In this document: one piece after another, positions 37,320-49,257 of the stretch
Numbering within the stretch: position 1 is the first letter of the stretch
Layout: each line of letters starts with the position of its first letter
Origin: Entomortierella parvispora E1425
Taxonomy: Eukaryota > Fungi > Mortierellomycota
Length of the DNA stretch: 64,000 bases
Reading direction: 5' to 3'
NCBI GenBank assembly: GCA_020891255.1
Contig: BQFW01000012.1
Location: 620,001-684,000 of the forward strand
The notes under the pieces: generated by a model
Database searches by the model: none
Seen by the model: the letters and a program-made list of their open reading frames with translations, nothing else
What the model was told of the DNA's origin: nothing
Program-made: the position numbers and the translations under genes

Positions 37320-38760
37320 TTAGGCCGCGGTCTTTTCTGGCTCTCCACCAGTGAAGAGGAAGACGAGGACCACGGGCACGATGTAGACCCTACGAGTGAT
37401 TAAAGAAAATAGCGGTGCTGTTAGTTTCGTCTTTCCACAACTTCCCTCAGAACACTTAAGATCCCGATGAGTTGACTTACCAGTACTTCTGGAAGAAGGT
37501 CTTTTCTGCCTCTGGCTTTCCAGTCTCGTCCATCTTGATAGCCTGGGCTCTGTTGTAGCGAGACTTGGGTCCTTGAGAGGCAGTGGCAAACTCAACCTTG
37601 GTGTCCTTGAAACGATCCAGGCTATCAATGGCAACCGCCTTTTGACTCTCCTGATCACAGTAGCGAGGAGCATCTGCAGGGGTAAAGTAATCAAAAGCAA
37701 AGACCTCTCTGTTTTGATCCAAGTGCAAACGGATCTCCTCCTTGAAGTTGGCGGCAACAAGCAAGCACTGATTTTGGTAAGGAGTCAGAAAACAAGTAAG
37801 ACGAGGTTAGAGAGTGCTAAGAGGGAAACCCTTTCACAGTGCAGGTCCATGAACTTCTGGTCAACTTACCGACTTGATTGAGGAGATGGACTCCCATCCT
37901 CGGGTTTCATCTCGCAACTTGATTTGATAGAACGCCACGGATCCAGGGGTCTTCACAACATGAGCTTCCTCCGCAGCCTCCTCCTGACGCATCTTCCACT
38001 CTTCCATACGCTGCTCAAACTCCTCCTCGGTCTCATTGTATTCACTTCCCTCCACATCCTGCTCGCCAAAGACAGGCTCTGGATCATCATCCTCATCTCT
38101 TTCCTGAACGGGCGCACGAACGTTCAAAATAAAGTCTTCCTTCAAAGTCTTGGCCATGGCAGCGTTCACATTTGGGAGGCTCTCATAGACAATGGGTACT
38201 GGCTTGAAGAGGGGCTGTTGTTGTTTGGTATCTTGTTTCTTTCTTGATGAAGTCGAGGTGGGGATTGGAGGCGCTTGGTTCTTTTGAAGGTGAAGGCTGT
38301 ACCAATCCTCTGCGTCCAGGCGGATCTCGCCTCTCTTTTCGAAACTCTCATGGTCGCTCAACTTGTGCCATACGCCAAGGGTGACTTCCTACATGACATG
38401 AAGAAAAAAGAAAAAAGGACAAATTGTAAGTATGAAAACGAATACGAAAATATAAAGCAGAGACGACAGTTGAATGTGCATGGGGTGTAGATGTGTGTCA
38501 AGATGAGGGAGTGGATGAAATGCTCGCAATTGTGCTTTTATCCACGTGCTTCCAATTGTCTGATTGTCCAAGCACTCTGCATGCTCGGTCGCGTCTTCCA
38601 GATGGCAAGCTCCGAACGAAAAGATGATGATGGGCTGCTGTCCACTGGTTCCTTTGTCCATGAGAGTCTGTTGGACGGACATGGCATCTTTCTTTACCTC
38701 GGCGAGGACCTGCACAGAGGCAGCAAGGGCCAGTGCAAGGATGTAGGTGTTGACTCTCAT
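37320..38760 (-). CDS. EMC10: ER membrane protein complex subunit 10
   Basis: Signal peptide MRVNTYILALALAASVQVLAE, FEKRGEI, FKEEIRLHLDQNREVFAFDY, and C-terminal EKTFFQKYW/.YIVPVVLVFLFTGG typical of EMC10. Confidence 0.82.
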
Positions 38761-39523
38761 TATGGCTGCTCCTGATAGTTGGGTTGAGATGAGAAAGGTG
38801 ATGAAACGTACGAAGGGCGGATGAAAGATGCATGCGAATTGCTCGGAAGGCAGGCTAATCGCAAATGCTGTGCGCCACCAACTTCCTGAAAATTTCGAAA
38901 CGCGCCGCTTCGCTCCCCCATTTTTTTCGACCTTTTTTTTTCGAAGATCCGCACACGCGTTCGATCTCCCAAGTTGCACTTGCGATTTCGCTGCTTGAAA
39001 AGGCAAGAGATGGGAGCAACAAAGGGCAGCTCGTTCCAATTCCCAGAAAAGCAGCGCGAAAGCCCACCTTTGAGATTTCACCTCAGGTAACCTATTTATC
39101 CCTGCACCTTGCTACCGTTTTCTTACCAGCAATTGACCGTGGTTTGCTGCCACGTACTTGATCCAACTTTGAGGCACGGTTGCCATTGCTCGACAGTCCC
39201 CTTCAATCCCTCAATTACCCAGGTCATGCTATCAATTACCTGCTGTAACTCGCCAGAATAGGTAAATCTTAATATAGTCGCCGCTATCGGTACGTCTCTA
39301 AGTGAAAAGGGCTGGTCCCTCTGTCAATAAGTATTCAGCCGCATGTCAGGGATAATGATGAAAGACCTGACTTCGCAGTCATTACAGTGTGGCGTCCCGT
39401 AGGCTGTTCCTACAGGGACAAACGAACTCTTCGGCCGATCCCTGTCGCTCGAGTATAAATACCTGCTGCCAACTCTACACCCTACTGTAAGCACGAGACC
39501 TCGGCTCGCTCTTCTTCACTGGC

Positions 39524-40150
39524 ATGTCCTTCTTTGGTATCCTGTTCTAATCCCGATTTATTTCCAGGTAGTCGAGACTGTTCCTTTTGCTGTCGGCATC
39601 AGTCTCTCGGCCATCTCGTCCGGTATCTGGTCCTCAAACGCGGTGAATACTCAAAGTTCCCTCTGACTGGCAACATTGGATTCACCATCGGCTCTGGATT
39701 GTGCATTCTCTTTGTAAGAGATACTCATCGATCGTATTGTCACTATTGTGGTCCTCTTTGTCGATTGTTCAGAGTAACTGAAATTAACGGAAGGAGTGTC
39801 TAGTTGCAATGTTCTCTAATACCGCGAATGCTTTTTTCTTGGGGGGGGGGGGGTTGCAGTCACTGGATCTGTGTTTAACAGCAAACTCCAGGAGACGCTC
39901 AAGGCAAACTTTCCTTTGGACACCGCGATCCTGTGGGTGACGGGGGACTATTCTTTCATCTACGACTATTCGCCACCCCAGATCCTGTCTTGTTGACAGT
40001 TTCGCTCACGCATTGCATTTCATGTTTTATTACTCTGAGGGGTTCTCTGCCATGGCTTTGATCATGGGTTCGTTCATTGAGTACAAAGAGTTGAAGACAG
40101 ATGCAAACCAAGGAAGTTCCAAACCGGAGCTAGCCATCGATATGGCCTGA
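39524..40150 (+). pseudogene. Frameshifted C-terminal remnant of a DHA2-type MFS drug/H+ antiporter
   Basis: Consecutive MFS-like segments lie in different frames: VETVPFAVGISLSAISSGIW / VLKRGEYSKFPLTGNIGFTIGSGLCILF / TGSVFNSKLQETLKANFPLD...YDYSPPQIL / LVDSFAHALHFMFYYSEGFSAMALIMGSFIEYKELKTD. At least two frameshifts; no intact N-terminal half. Confidence 0.65.
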
Positions 40151-40445
40151 TGTGCTGAGTTGGATAAAGAAATTGGCTTCAAGAAAAAAAAATACTCTGA
40201 AGCATATAAATGATTACGATGAATGTGAACCTTGCGTCAAAAAACTGACATTGCACGTAGAAAGTACTGTAGAAACACGATCACCCTCAAGATATCCCGT
40301 AAAAGCGTTCAGATCAAACAAAAAATTTTGAGTCTTCTTTTTCATTTAGTTGCTATGTACAATTGCTGCACCTGATGCCAATGGGGTAAAAGGTGAGCGC
40401 AGGAAGTGGAGAGGAAAGGAAAACTTGGGCAGACATTTTCCTCGT

Positions 40446-41312
40446 TCAGAGCTTAAGGTGCTTCTTGACGAACTCCTTGGTGCTCTTTTTGATCCCGCCC
40501 ACAACCGATTCGGCCTCCTTGTCCACACTCTTCTTCCAAGAGTTAGCCTCAGCAGCCTTCTTCCAGCCGTCGGCTTCCTTCTCAATAGTCTTTTTCCAGC
40601 CTTCAACCTCCTCATTCGTAGACTTTTTCCAGCTGTCGGCCGTGTGCTTCACATCTCGAAGGACCTCCTCTCCCTTCTGATGGACCTTCTTCTCGGCCGA
40701 TCCAACGCCCTGTTCAAAGTCATGACGGAAATCATTGACGGCCTTGCTGAAGCTGCCAAAGCCCTCGACGACCTTGCCTTCGTTCTTATGGTCCTCCAGT
40801 TGTTGGACGGATTCCCTCTGAAGGTCCTTCATATCCTTAGGGAGCGGTTCGCGGTCGGCCTTGATGTCGGCCTCGCTCTCAGAAGCATTGTCTTCGTTCC
40901 AACCGGGAGCACTCTTCAAGAACTCTCTTTTGTAGTCTAAAAGTGTCAAGAGAGTTGGGATGAGGCAAGAGGAACAAAAAAAAAAAAAAAAATCGATCAG
41001 ATTGTCCGATGCTTTTATCAGAGCAAGGCGATGCTGTTCTCCTCCCCTTTCCAGATCTTACTCTGCGGAGAGCTGCTCGCCCATTCCAGAAGGACGGGAT
41101 AGCAGACACGAAAGACACAGGAGTACATGGTCGTTAGTTACGGCTTTGTGAGCATTGGGCTAGTTTTTCTGCGCAGCGCGCGATGTCTCATTTGTATACT
41201 TTGAGAAAAAGCGGTTCTGGTGCGAGAGGAGAGAGACAGCGGGGAGAGCTGCGGACGACCGGATCGTCGACAAGGCGAAGGCGCTAGAAAAGGCAGAACG
41301 CAAGAGGGACAT
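40446..41312 (-). CDS. Mitochondria-targeted LEA-like protein (PGWNExxASESEAxxKADR motif)
   Basis: Presequence MSLLRSAFSSAFALSTIRSSAALPAVSLLSHQNRFFS, an 11-14 nt micro-exon near 41064-41077, then a hydrophilic main exon with APGWNEDNASESEADIKADREP and repeated xxWKK 11-mers. Confidence 0.75.
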
Positions 41313-41900
41313 GGTGTGTTTGTATGTGTGTGTGTCTGATAACGATGGGAACGGTGATAGTGTGTGTGTGTGGGAAGAAGACAAAGAAAAAAAATGGTAA
41401 AAAAAAAAAAGTGCACGGTCACGTTTCGCTTGGCCAACGTGAAACTTTGATTTGTACGTGAAACTTTTTCATAATGGTGGATTCCCACCGCAACGTGGCC
41501 GTTCTATGTATGTAAAACTTTCACCGCCACAGTGCTTGGCACATTCTGGCGAATGATTCTCCATTTCCTGCGACGCGTTTGAAAACAATATTTTTTTCAT
41601 AGATTTCTTGAACCGCCACAGTTGTGAGCACAAAGAAGCAAACACTTGGCGTTGTTGGATGCATTGCCCTCCGCAGAGACGTTTGCAATTGCAATGACGA
41701 TTGTCAAAGAGTTACGTTGCACAAAGGAAAATACAAGGACCTGCGTAGCTTCAGGCGGGTGGATCGCGGACATATCTGGAAGCCATCTGCCTTTGCCAAG
41801 AGCGAACGCGTGGACGAGAAACCTTCTGGAAGCTATTCGTTCTCTCTGCTGCCTAGCCCAACGCCGCAACTCCAATGGAGGAGCTGTTTGCGTCGTGACA

Positions 41901-41906
41901 TATAAA
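41901..41906 (+). promoter_or_regulatory. Candidate TATA box of the GNAT gene
   Basis: TATAAA about 120 bp upstream of ATG 42024, followed by a pyrimidine-rich leader. Confidence 0.45.
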
Positions 41907-42023
41907 GGTGGCCTTGGCCATCTCTTCCTACTTTTCATTCTCACTTTCACCTCTCTCTATTGACCAAAAGCACAGTCAAGACCCTATCGAAATTTCTCAC
42001 TGTAAAGAAAAAGACAAGACACT

Positions 42024-44160
42024 ATGACTGTTGAAGACAAGACTCAACATCAACATCAACATCAACCATCGACCTCTGCTGTCAAGATGGTACCTCATCC
42101 AATCAAGGGCAAAAGCAACAAGCGCCCGGAAAGAATCGAGATCGGGGATGGATTGGTGATGCGCTGGTCCACAAAGGAAGATGCCCAAAACGTGGCTGAT
42201 CTCTTGGCTGAGGCTTTCAGAGTAAGAAAAAAAACAGCTCGTACGGACGCAGTGACAATTTAGAGTCTTTGTCAGCTTGACTGAGTGACTGACTGACCCT
42301 TACTCCAAATTAGTGGGCCCCCATGGGCGTTGAAATCGCCGAGGACGAAGACCCCAAGCCCAACGAGTATGTTCGAGAGGCAGCAGTAAGTCATTGAGAA
42401 AGATCTTTCTCTTTCCTGGAGCAGAGGAATTTGTGTTGACGTCAACAAATCTCGCTTTTATTAGAAACGTGTCCTTCGCGGCAACTCTGGCGTCATGACA
42501 GAGTATGACTATGCACTGGTCGAAAATACACTTGCACCAAAGGGCCGGAACCCACTAGTGGCCGCCGTTTCCCTTCAGTTCTCTCCTGGTTACTACGGAA
42601 AAGTCTTTCTTCAATACGGCAAACCAGAGGCAGTTGCAGCTCACCCAGGTATGACCGCCTCCATCATGCAGAGAGGGGAGGCGAAAAAATGAAGGAGGAT
42701 TGATGTTCTCACAAATCAAGAATATCGTTTTCACGCTTGCGAGCAATGCAGACCTGGAATGGAGTGGAAGTGAGTTCGGCACTCGTCCGGTTGTGGATAA
42801 AGCTGCTAACATTTTTTTTTGTTTATCAACAGATTACCGCAGTAAGGGCCTTATCCGCCGATTGTTCCTGGAGATGATCCACCCTGCTTCCGACCAACGT
42901 GGTGATGTGATCCAGATCATCCCTGGTATCCCTCACTTTTACCTTCAGTTCGGCTACGAGTACGCGATCGGCATTCGTGCACCAAGAAGATTGGACGACG
43001 ATGCCATTCCTCCCTTGCCTGACCACGAAACTGTTGAGAAAGGCGGTCAGGGAGAACCTTTCCAGTTGCGTGTCCCAGGCCTGGACGACATCCCTTACCT
43101 CGTAAAGATGAGTACACCCGAAAAGATGATGGACAAGGCTGAGCTCGGAACCCTATACGACGAAGGTTACTGGCGTTATAATATCCACGACGCGATCGTA
43201 ACTGCAGAGTCCAAAACTGATATTAGTCGCGAGCACCGGATCATTGTGGATTCCAAGACTGGAAAGGATTGTGGAGTGGTCATGACCAATGGCGAGAGGA
43301 TGTTACTCCTGAGCCTTTTCGTATTGGAGGAAGGCTACAGCTACAGGGAGGCTCTTTACCCGGTCTTTAGACAGATGGTCGCGATCTCTATGGAGCCAAC
43401 TGTCTGGGAGTTGAAGCAGCAGAAGGACAATGAAGCCAACGAGGAAGTTGAGAGGAAGTTGGAAGGATTCAAAGAGGTTATGGATGGATCCAAGTCTATC
43501 AAGGAGGCTGTGCAAGATGAGGAGCAGAAGGAACAGCAGGCCGAGGAAGAAAAAAAAGAGGAGGACAAGGAGGCAGCTCCGGTAGCTCAGACCAAAAAGA
43601 AGAGAACCTTGGGACTCGTATTGGACCCCCAGCACCCTGTCACGAAGCTCATGACGTCCAGGAGCCAAGCTATGACCTTCAAGCACAAATTCTACACTCG
43701 CATCCCATCGTACGCCAAGTTCATCCAGACGATTGCACCCACTCTTGAGGAACGACTCGCCAACTCTTGCCTCGCAGGGATCACTGTGACATGGCAGTTT
43801 GATTTTTTCAGGAAGGTCCTGGGCAGCTCAGGCAAAGGGCTTGAGGTCGTCTTTGAGGGGGGAAAGATTGTCTCTGCATCCGATGACTGGGTTCTTCCTT
43901 CACCCCAGGAAAAGATGATTGCTGCTCGAGAGAGGATTGCCAAGGCAAAGGAGGAAAACCGACCAGATGTCAAGCCGTTAATCTTTGAGGCCAAGTTTGC
44001 ACCATTGACGTTCACGAGGTTGCTGGTGGGCGATATGACGATTGATCAAATGACAGACGTGTATGGTGAGTGCGAGGTCTCGAGTGGCGATGAAGCGGTT
44101 CTCATGCTGGATATCCTTTTCCCCAAGCAGAGCTTCTACTTCGATCTCTTTTGGTGGTAG
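42024..44160 (+). CDS. GNAT-family (Eis-like) N-acetyltransferase of bacterial type, 4 exons
   Basis: IEIGDGLVMRWSTKEDAQNVADLLAEAF, YGKPEAVAAHP/DYRSKGLIRRLF (GNAT motif A), GDVIQIIPGIPHFYLQFGYEYAI, and C-terminal FAPLTFTRLLVG...LDILFPKQ resembling an SCP2-like tail. Confidence 0.8.
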
Positions 44161-44770
44161 GAAAAAGCTATATGTAATAAATCTCGCCCACCACCCCCAA
44201 AATGGTGACGTCGATTCAATCGCTATTTCCACGCAGAGTAATAATTCAACTCAAATCTCCACACCGCTATTTCCAGTCACGAACCGTGGGAAACTTGTCC
44301 GCTTCACTCCCACACTCCCTCAGAAGACAAAAAAATCGCAGAAGAGAGAGAAGGCGAGAAAGAGGCGTGCGCCGTGGGTCGGATTCGTTCTCCTCTTGTC
44401 CCCCACTTTTTTTTTTTCTTTCTTTCCTCCCTTCTCTCTCCTCCACTCTTCTCTCCACTCTTCTCTCCATCCACCCATCACCTCTTTCTCTCCATCACGC
44501 TTGCCTCTTTGCATCTAATCGCGTGCCCTGTTCCATCTCCACTGCCAACATCCGAACCCGCTTCTCATTGTAAGCTCAACAAAAGATCAGCTCGCTGATT
44601 CATCACGATCGCACTTGCTCATCCATCCCCCCAATTGCCCCCATGGTGATCTCGAACAAAAACCAAGAACACAGACTCCAGTTTCTGTTCTCAACTGCCT
44701 GGAAACAACCACAATGGCTAACCTGAAATATCGTTATTACTGCACTCCTGCCTAGTCATAATAATATAAC

Positions 44771-46716
44771 ATGTTCGCTGCCTCCCGTTCCTCGTTGCAC
44801 GCCTTGAAGACCAAGGTATGTTAAAGCCCAACCTGCGGGAAATTCTCCGCATAGAGCAGATGATCGCATGCAGAGGCTGACCCATCTCTCTTTTTACAGG
44901 TTGGCCAGTCCACATACATCTCGACCGCCCGCATGGTCTCTGGCCAGAGGTTAAGATACTCCATCAGCACCAAGGTAAAACAGGATCCAGTAACGGGAGG
45001 ATTTCACCGAGTCATAACGGATAATTCATAACGGACGCTAATGACCGCTCAATTGTAGACCACCACTGCCGCTCTTTGCTCCAAGGCCATCCGTCAACAT
45101 AACAACTACGGTGCCAACCGTGTCCAGCGCTTCCATGCCTCTGCTCTCTCCAACGCCAAGGTTCCCTTCCTTTTGGCCGATATCGGAGAGGGTATCACTG
45201 AGTGCGAGGTTATCCAGTGGTATGTTGAATCATCGTTGTCTTGATCTTCGGACTGTTCATAAAGCGCCACTTTTTTTCAATTGCTAATGGTTGAACATTT
45301 GATCTTTTGTTGATATCAAAATAGGTTCGTGAAGGCTGGCGACAAGGTCGAGGAGTTTGACAGACTTTGCGAGGTTCAGTCGGATAAGGCTTCCGTGGAG
45401 ATTACTTCCCGATTCACAGGAACGGTCGCTGAGCTCAAGTACAAGGTTGGAGATATGGCCAAGGTCGGATCTCCTCTTGTCGATATTGAGACTGGTGATG
45501 GTGCCGTGGAGGAGGTTGCCCCCGTCGAAGTTTCCACTCCTGCTCCCGAGGATGGATTGAAGGGACGCTCTCATGTCGTTCAGGATATGAACGCTGTTGC
45601 TGCTATGATGGACAACACCCCCCCTGCCAAGGTCGAGATCCCCACCGCTGAGCACATTTTGACTTTTGCCACTCCTGCTGTTCGTCGCGTCGCCAAGGAG
45701 AACAATGTTGATATCGCCCTCATCAAGGGATCTGGAAAGGCTGGCCGTGTCATGAAGGAGGACGTCATGAGCTATCTCGCTAACGGCCGTCAGTCGACTG
45801 GTACGTATCATTGTCATCATTTACAAATGTCTCTGTATTATCTTCTTATTCGGCATGAGTTATCTAACCAATTGCTCGATCTATTATGAATCACATAGCT
45901 GCCCCCAAGGCTGCCGCCGCCTCCCCTGTTGCCGCTGCCAAGGCTCACATCCCCGCTGGCGAGGATAAGGTCGTTCCTTTGAGCATGATCCAGAAGGCTA
46001 TGTTCAAGCAAATGACAAAGTCGCTCTCGATCCCCCACTTTGGATTCGCCGACGAGATCATTTTGGACAACGCTACCGCTTTCCGTACTGCCTTGAACAG
46101 CCACATTGCCAAGACGCCCGAGAAGTACAACTTCAAGAAGGTTTCTTACATGCCCATCTTCATCAAGGCTCTTTCCATTGCCTTGGAGCAGTACCCCATC
46201 CTGAACGCCTGCGTGGTTGATGGTGAGGATGCGTCGAGCGCCAAGCTCAAGTTCCGTGCCTCTCACAACATTGGTGTTGCCATGGATACCCCCAACGGTT
46301 TGATTGTGCCCAATATCAAGAACGTCCAGAACTTGTCCGTCTTGGAGATTGCTTCCGAGTTGGCCAGGCTACAGGAAGCCGGTAAGAAGAACGCGATCCC
46401 CATGGCCGATTTGCGTGACGGTACCTTGTCCCTTTCGAACGTTGGCATGATTGGAGGCACCTACTTGAACCCCGTTGTTGTGACCTCTGAGGTCGCCATT
46501 GCTGCCGTCGGAAAGATGCAGCGTCTCCCCCGTTACAAGATGGTCGAGGATGAGACGACAGGCAAGTTGGTCGAGCGTGTTGTTCCCCAGACGATCGTCA
46601 ACGTCAGCTGGAGCGCCGATCACCGTGTCATTGATGGAGCCACCGTAGCCCGCTTCAGCGAGGCATGGAAGTCTGTGGTCGAGAACCCTTTCTTGCTCGG
46701 TGGCATGCTTCGTTAA
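44771..46716 (+). CDS. DBT: Branched-chain alpha-ketoacid dehydrogenase E2 (dihydrolipoamide branched-chain transacylase)
   Basis: PFLLADIGEGITECEVIQW, lipoyl site EVQSDKASVEITSRF, E3-binding ATPAVRRVAKENNVDIALIKGSGKAGRVMKEDV, catalytic SWSADHRVIDGAT. Confidence 0.97.
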
Positions 46717-46983
46717 ATTGACAGAGTGAAGAAGATCGTCTGTCCCCCCGAACAACTTAGATATCCCCCACATGCTCCTAACCCCACTCCACCCAAAACG
46801 AATAGAGGGGATTGACAGAGAAAGAAGAGAGAGAAGTCTTTTATTTTTCATTCCCCCACCCATAGCACATTATTAAATTCATTTGTTTCATTTTTTTTAA
46901 AGAATACGTAGGAGCTGAAATTGTTCAAAGTGGTTTATTCTTTCATGGCCATCAATGCCCGCAAGATGGGTAAAACAAAAGTC

Positions 46984-49257
46984 CTAGGTCTTTGGTTTAC
47001 GATATTGCTTGGCTAGCGGGGCAACGGTTCCTTTCTTGACACCTTGGATGATTCTCTTTGCGGATCCTATCAGGGACGGATATTTTGAAGTAAAGCTTTT
47101 CTTTTTCACCGGGGAACTTTCCGACGGCGAGGGTTTAGTGGACACGGCTTTCTTGGTCAAGCCTTTCGTGGTCAAATCTTTCTTCGTCGAGCCTTTCGTG
47201 GTCGAGCCTTTCATGGTCGAGCCTTTCGTGGACGAGACTTTCTTGGTTGAGCCTTTCGTGGACGGGCCTTTCGAGGATGATCTTTTTGAAGAAATTTTTG
47301 AAGAGAGGGTCTTTGAGGAAGAGCTTTTCAAGTCCGTTGTTGAGGTGTTTTCCAAGGCGCGTTTTTTCCGGGCAACTTTCGGGACATCTTCAGAAACCAA
47401 GGGGGATGTGGCAGGCGGCAATGCGAGAGAAAGATCCTCTCGAACAACAATCTTGAGCGATTTGTACGGAAGCTTACTAAGGAGTTTCAGTCTCTTGTCT
47501 ATAAACTTTCGTTCCTTGGCTTCTTTACGACTGCCCAGGACTATCTCGAGGGATAGCTCCTTTAGCTGTGCACAGACCCACAGGCCTGTCCTTCGTTTTA
47601 ACTGGCGTCCGGACCAATTTTCACGGCTGCTCTCCATCGATTCAGCTGCATCATCCCCTTCCACCATTTCATCCGCAGATCGCTTCAAAGGCAAAGTGAC
47701 AGCGGCAAGGGTATCTGTGGTCTCGGCATCTGCAGGTGCTACGGGGTTTTTTTCCGATGCCCAGTTGACAGCCTCGATCACATCCGCGACCAAAAGTTCC
47801 TTTGCACGTATCACCTCCAATCGGATACAATTCTCTAATAAATGTTGAACCACTGGACTAGTGACCATCAGGCATTGGGAAAAGTCCAGGTCGACCAAAC
47901 TCTCAAATTGATTTCCTCCGCTCAAAGGCCCGACATCCAAGAATCCATGGCTGGTCATGTTGATTATCTGGAGCTTTTTCAGTCGGTGTTCTTCGATAGA
48001 GTCAATCAACATCCTGCAATCCCGTTCCTGGAACATGTCTCCATCCAAGACCAAAGTTTCCACAGTAAGGGCCAGCTTTTCAGTCTTCTCGTGCTCTTCG
48101 TCCGACTCTGACCACAGCGGATCCTTGATATTCTTTTTGGTGCCAAGTTTGATATTCGCGGACGATTCTGAGTTGGGATTCTTCTTTGGGAGCAATGCTG
48201 GCTCAAGTTGGGGTCCTGCTCCATAAACATACGGAACGATCTTTTGTCGTGCCTTCTTGACGGAGTAGGCTCTCCAAATCAATGTCTTCAAGTTGGGACA
48301 TTTCTTCAATATTACCACCTGTTGTGAACTCGTGATGTTACTCAGTTCCGTCATCTCCAGCTCAGTCAAGTGTGACAGATACACATCATCCGGACAAGAT
48401 CGAATCCTGCCCACGAGGTTCGAACATCCGAACAATCCTAATCGCCCAGGGATTCGAGCGCATGTCTCCCAGAACAGCCGTTGGTCCTGTGATTCTAGGT
48501 TGAAATTTCGGATCTCAAGGTTGACAGGTCCAGTATGAGAGATCTGATCGGTGTCGGTGTCGTCGGATTGTGGTATTGAAGATGTAATTTCTTCACGGGC
48601 GACTGTATCTTCCGGAATCGGTCCCAAAGCCGTGGCAAGGTACTTGAAGATCGGTATCACGAGGGCTTGACGACCGCTATCCAGAGCCTTTGTGTCGTTG
48701 AGCAGGAGGCTCTTTAATCCTGGTAGAATAGTTGGCGTGAGCAGCTCGGAGGGGGTTGCAGAAGCGGTGGGACGGAGCTGATTTCCAAGAAACGTGGTGG
48801 CCAGGTCCATAAGGCGATCCATGCCTTCAAGTACAGGAGCAGTTTGCTGAATATGAAATTCGATCGTCTTGAGATTAGGAAGGGCTCCTGCATGGTTGAA
48901 GAGGACGAGGAACGAGGATTTGCACGGCAACTGAAGTCGAAGGTGTTGAATGCTTTGAAGGCGATCTTGAAGAATATAGAGCGGTGGGTTAACATTTCCT
49001 TGTGTTGTAGGCATGGTGGTAACTGAGAACAGTCGTTTGTCATTGATGGTCTGGGTCATGGTCCTGAAATGGTCCTTGGTGGCTTCAACACTCTTGGCCA
49101 TGTCAATTTCGCTCGAAGGTCGGTCCCAGATCGGATCCCTGTCCCCAAAGGAGGTTTGGGCCCTTTGACCCGATCGGAACACATACGAGTAGACTGTGAC
49201 CTGTTCCCAGTAAGAGGAGCGATTAAAGGGATGTTTGGGCTTGTCAGGGACAATCAT
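46984..49257 (-). CDS. Mortierella-type LRR/RNI-like (F-box-associated family) protein with a basic repeat tail; start uncertain
   Basis: 780-codon ORF with LRR-like units (LSHLTELEMTELSNIT...KCPNLKTLIW, LVDLDFSQCLMVTSPVVQHLLENCIRLEVIRA, LWVCAQLKELSLEI). No clear F-box in the visible part. Confidence 0.75.
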   Translation of the reverse strand: MIVPDKPKHPFNRSSYWEQVTVYSYVFRSGQRAQTSFGDRDPIWDRPSSEIDMAKSVEATKDHFRTMTQTINDKRLFSVTTMPTTQGNVNPPLYILQDRLQSIQHLRLQLPCKSSFLVLFNHAGALPNLKTIEFHIQQTAPVLEGMDRLMDLATTFLGNQLRPTASATPSELLTPTILPGLKSLLLNDTKALDSGRQALVIPIFKYLATALGPIPEDTVAREEITSSIPQSDDTDTDQISHTGPVNLEIRNFNLESQDQRLFWETCARIPGRLGLFGCSNLVGRIRSCPDDVYLSHLTELEMTELSNITSSQQVVILKKCPNLKTLIWRAYSVKKARQKIVPYVYGAGPQLEPALLPKKNPNSESSANIKLGTKKNIKDPLWSESDEEHEKTEKLALTVETLVLDGDMFQERDCRMLIDSIEEHRLKKLQIINMTSHGFLDVGPLSGGNQFESLVDLDFSQCLMVTSPVVQHLLENCIRLEVIRAKELLVADVIEAVNWASEKNPVAPADAETTDTLAAVTLPLKRSADEMVEGDDAAESMESSRENWSGRQLKRRTGLWVCAQLKELSLEIVLGSRKEAKERKFIDKRLKLLSKLPYKSLKIVVREDLSLALPPATSPLVSEDVPKVARKKRALENTSTTDLKSSSSKTLSSKISSKRSSSKGPSTKGSTKKVSSTKGSTMKGSTTKGSTKKDLTTKGLTKKAVSTKPSPSESSPVKKKSFTSKYPSLIGSAKRIIQGVKKGTVAPLAKQYRKPKT
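47150..47275 (-). repeat. 15-bp coding minisatellite (S/T)(T/S)KG(S/L) in the LRR protein tail
   Basis: About 7-8 imperfect copies of gcctttcgtggtcga, encoding STKGSTKKVSSTKGSTMKGSTTKGSTKKDLTTKGLTKK. Confidence 0.85.

Noticed and set aside
39524-46716. Secondary-metabolite or resistance cluster (MFS remnant, GNAT, acyltransferase E2)
   Set aside because: There is no NRPS, PKS or terpene backbone gene. DBT is a primary-metabolism enzyme and the MFS gene is decayed.
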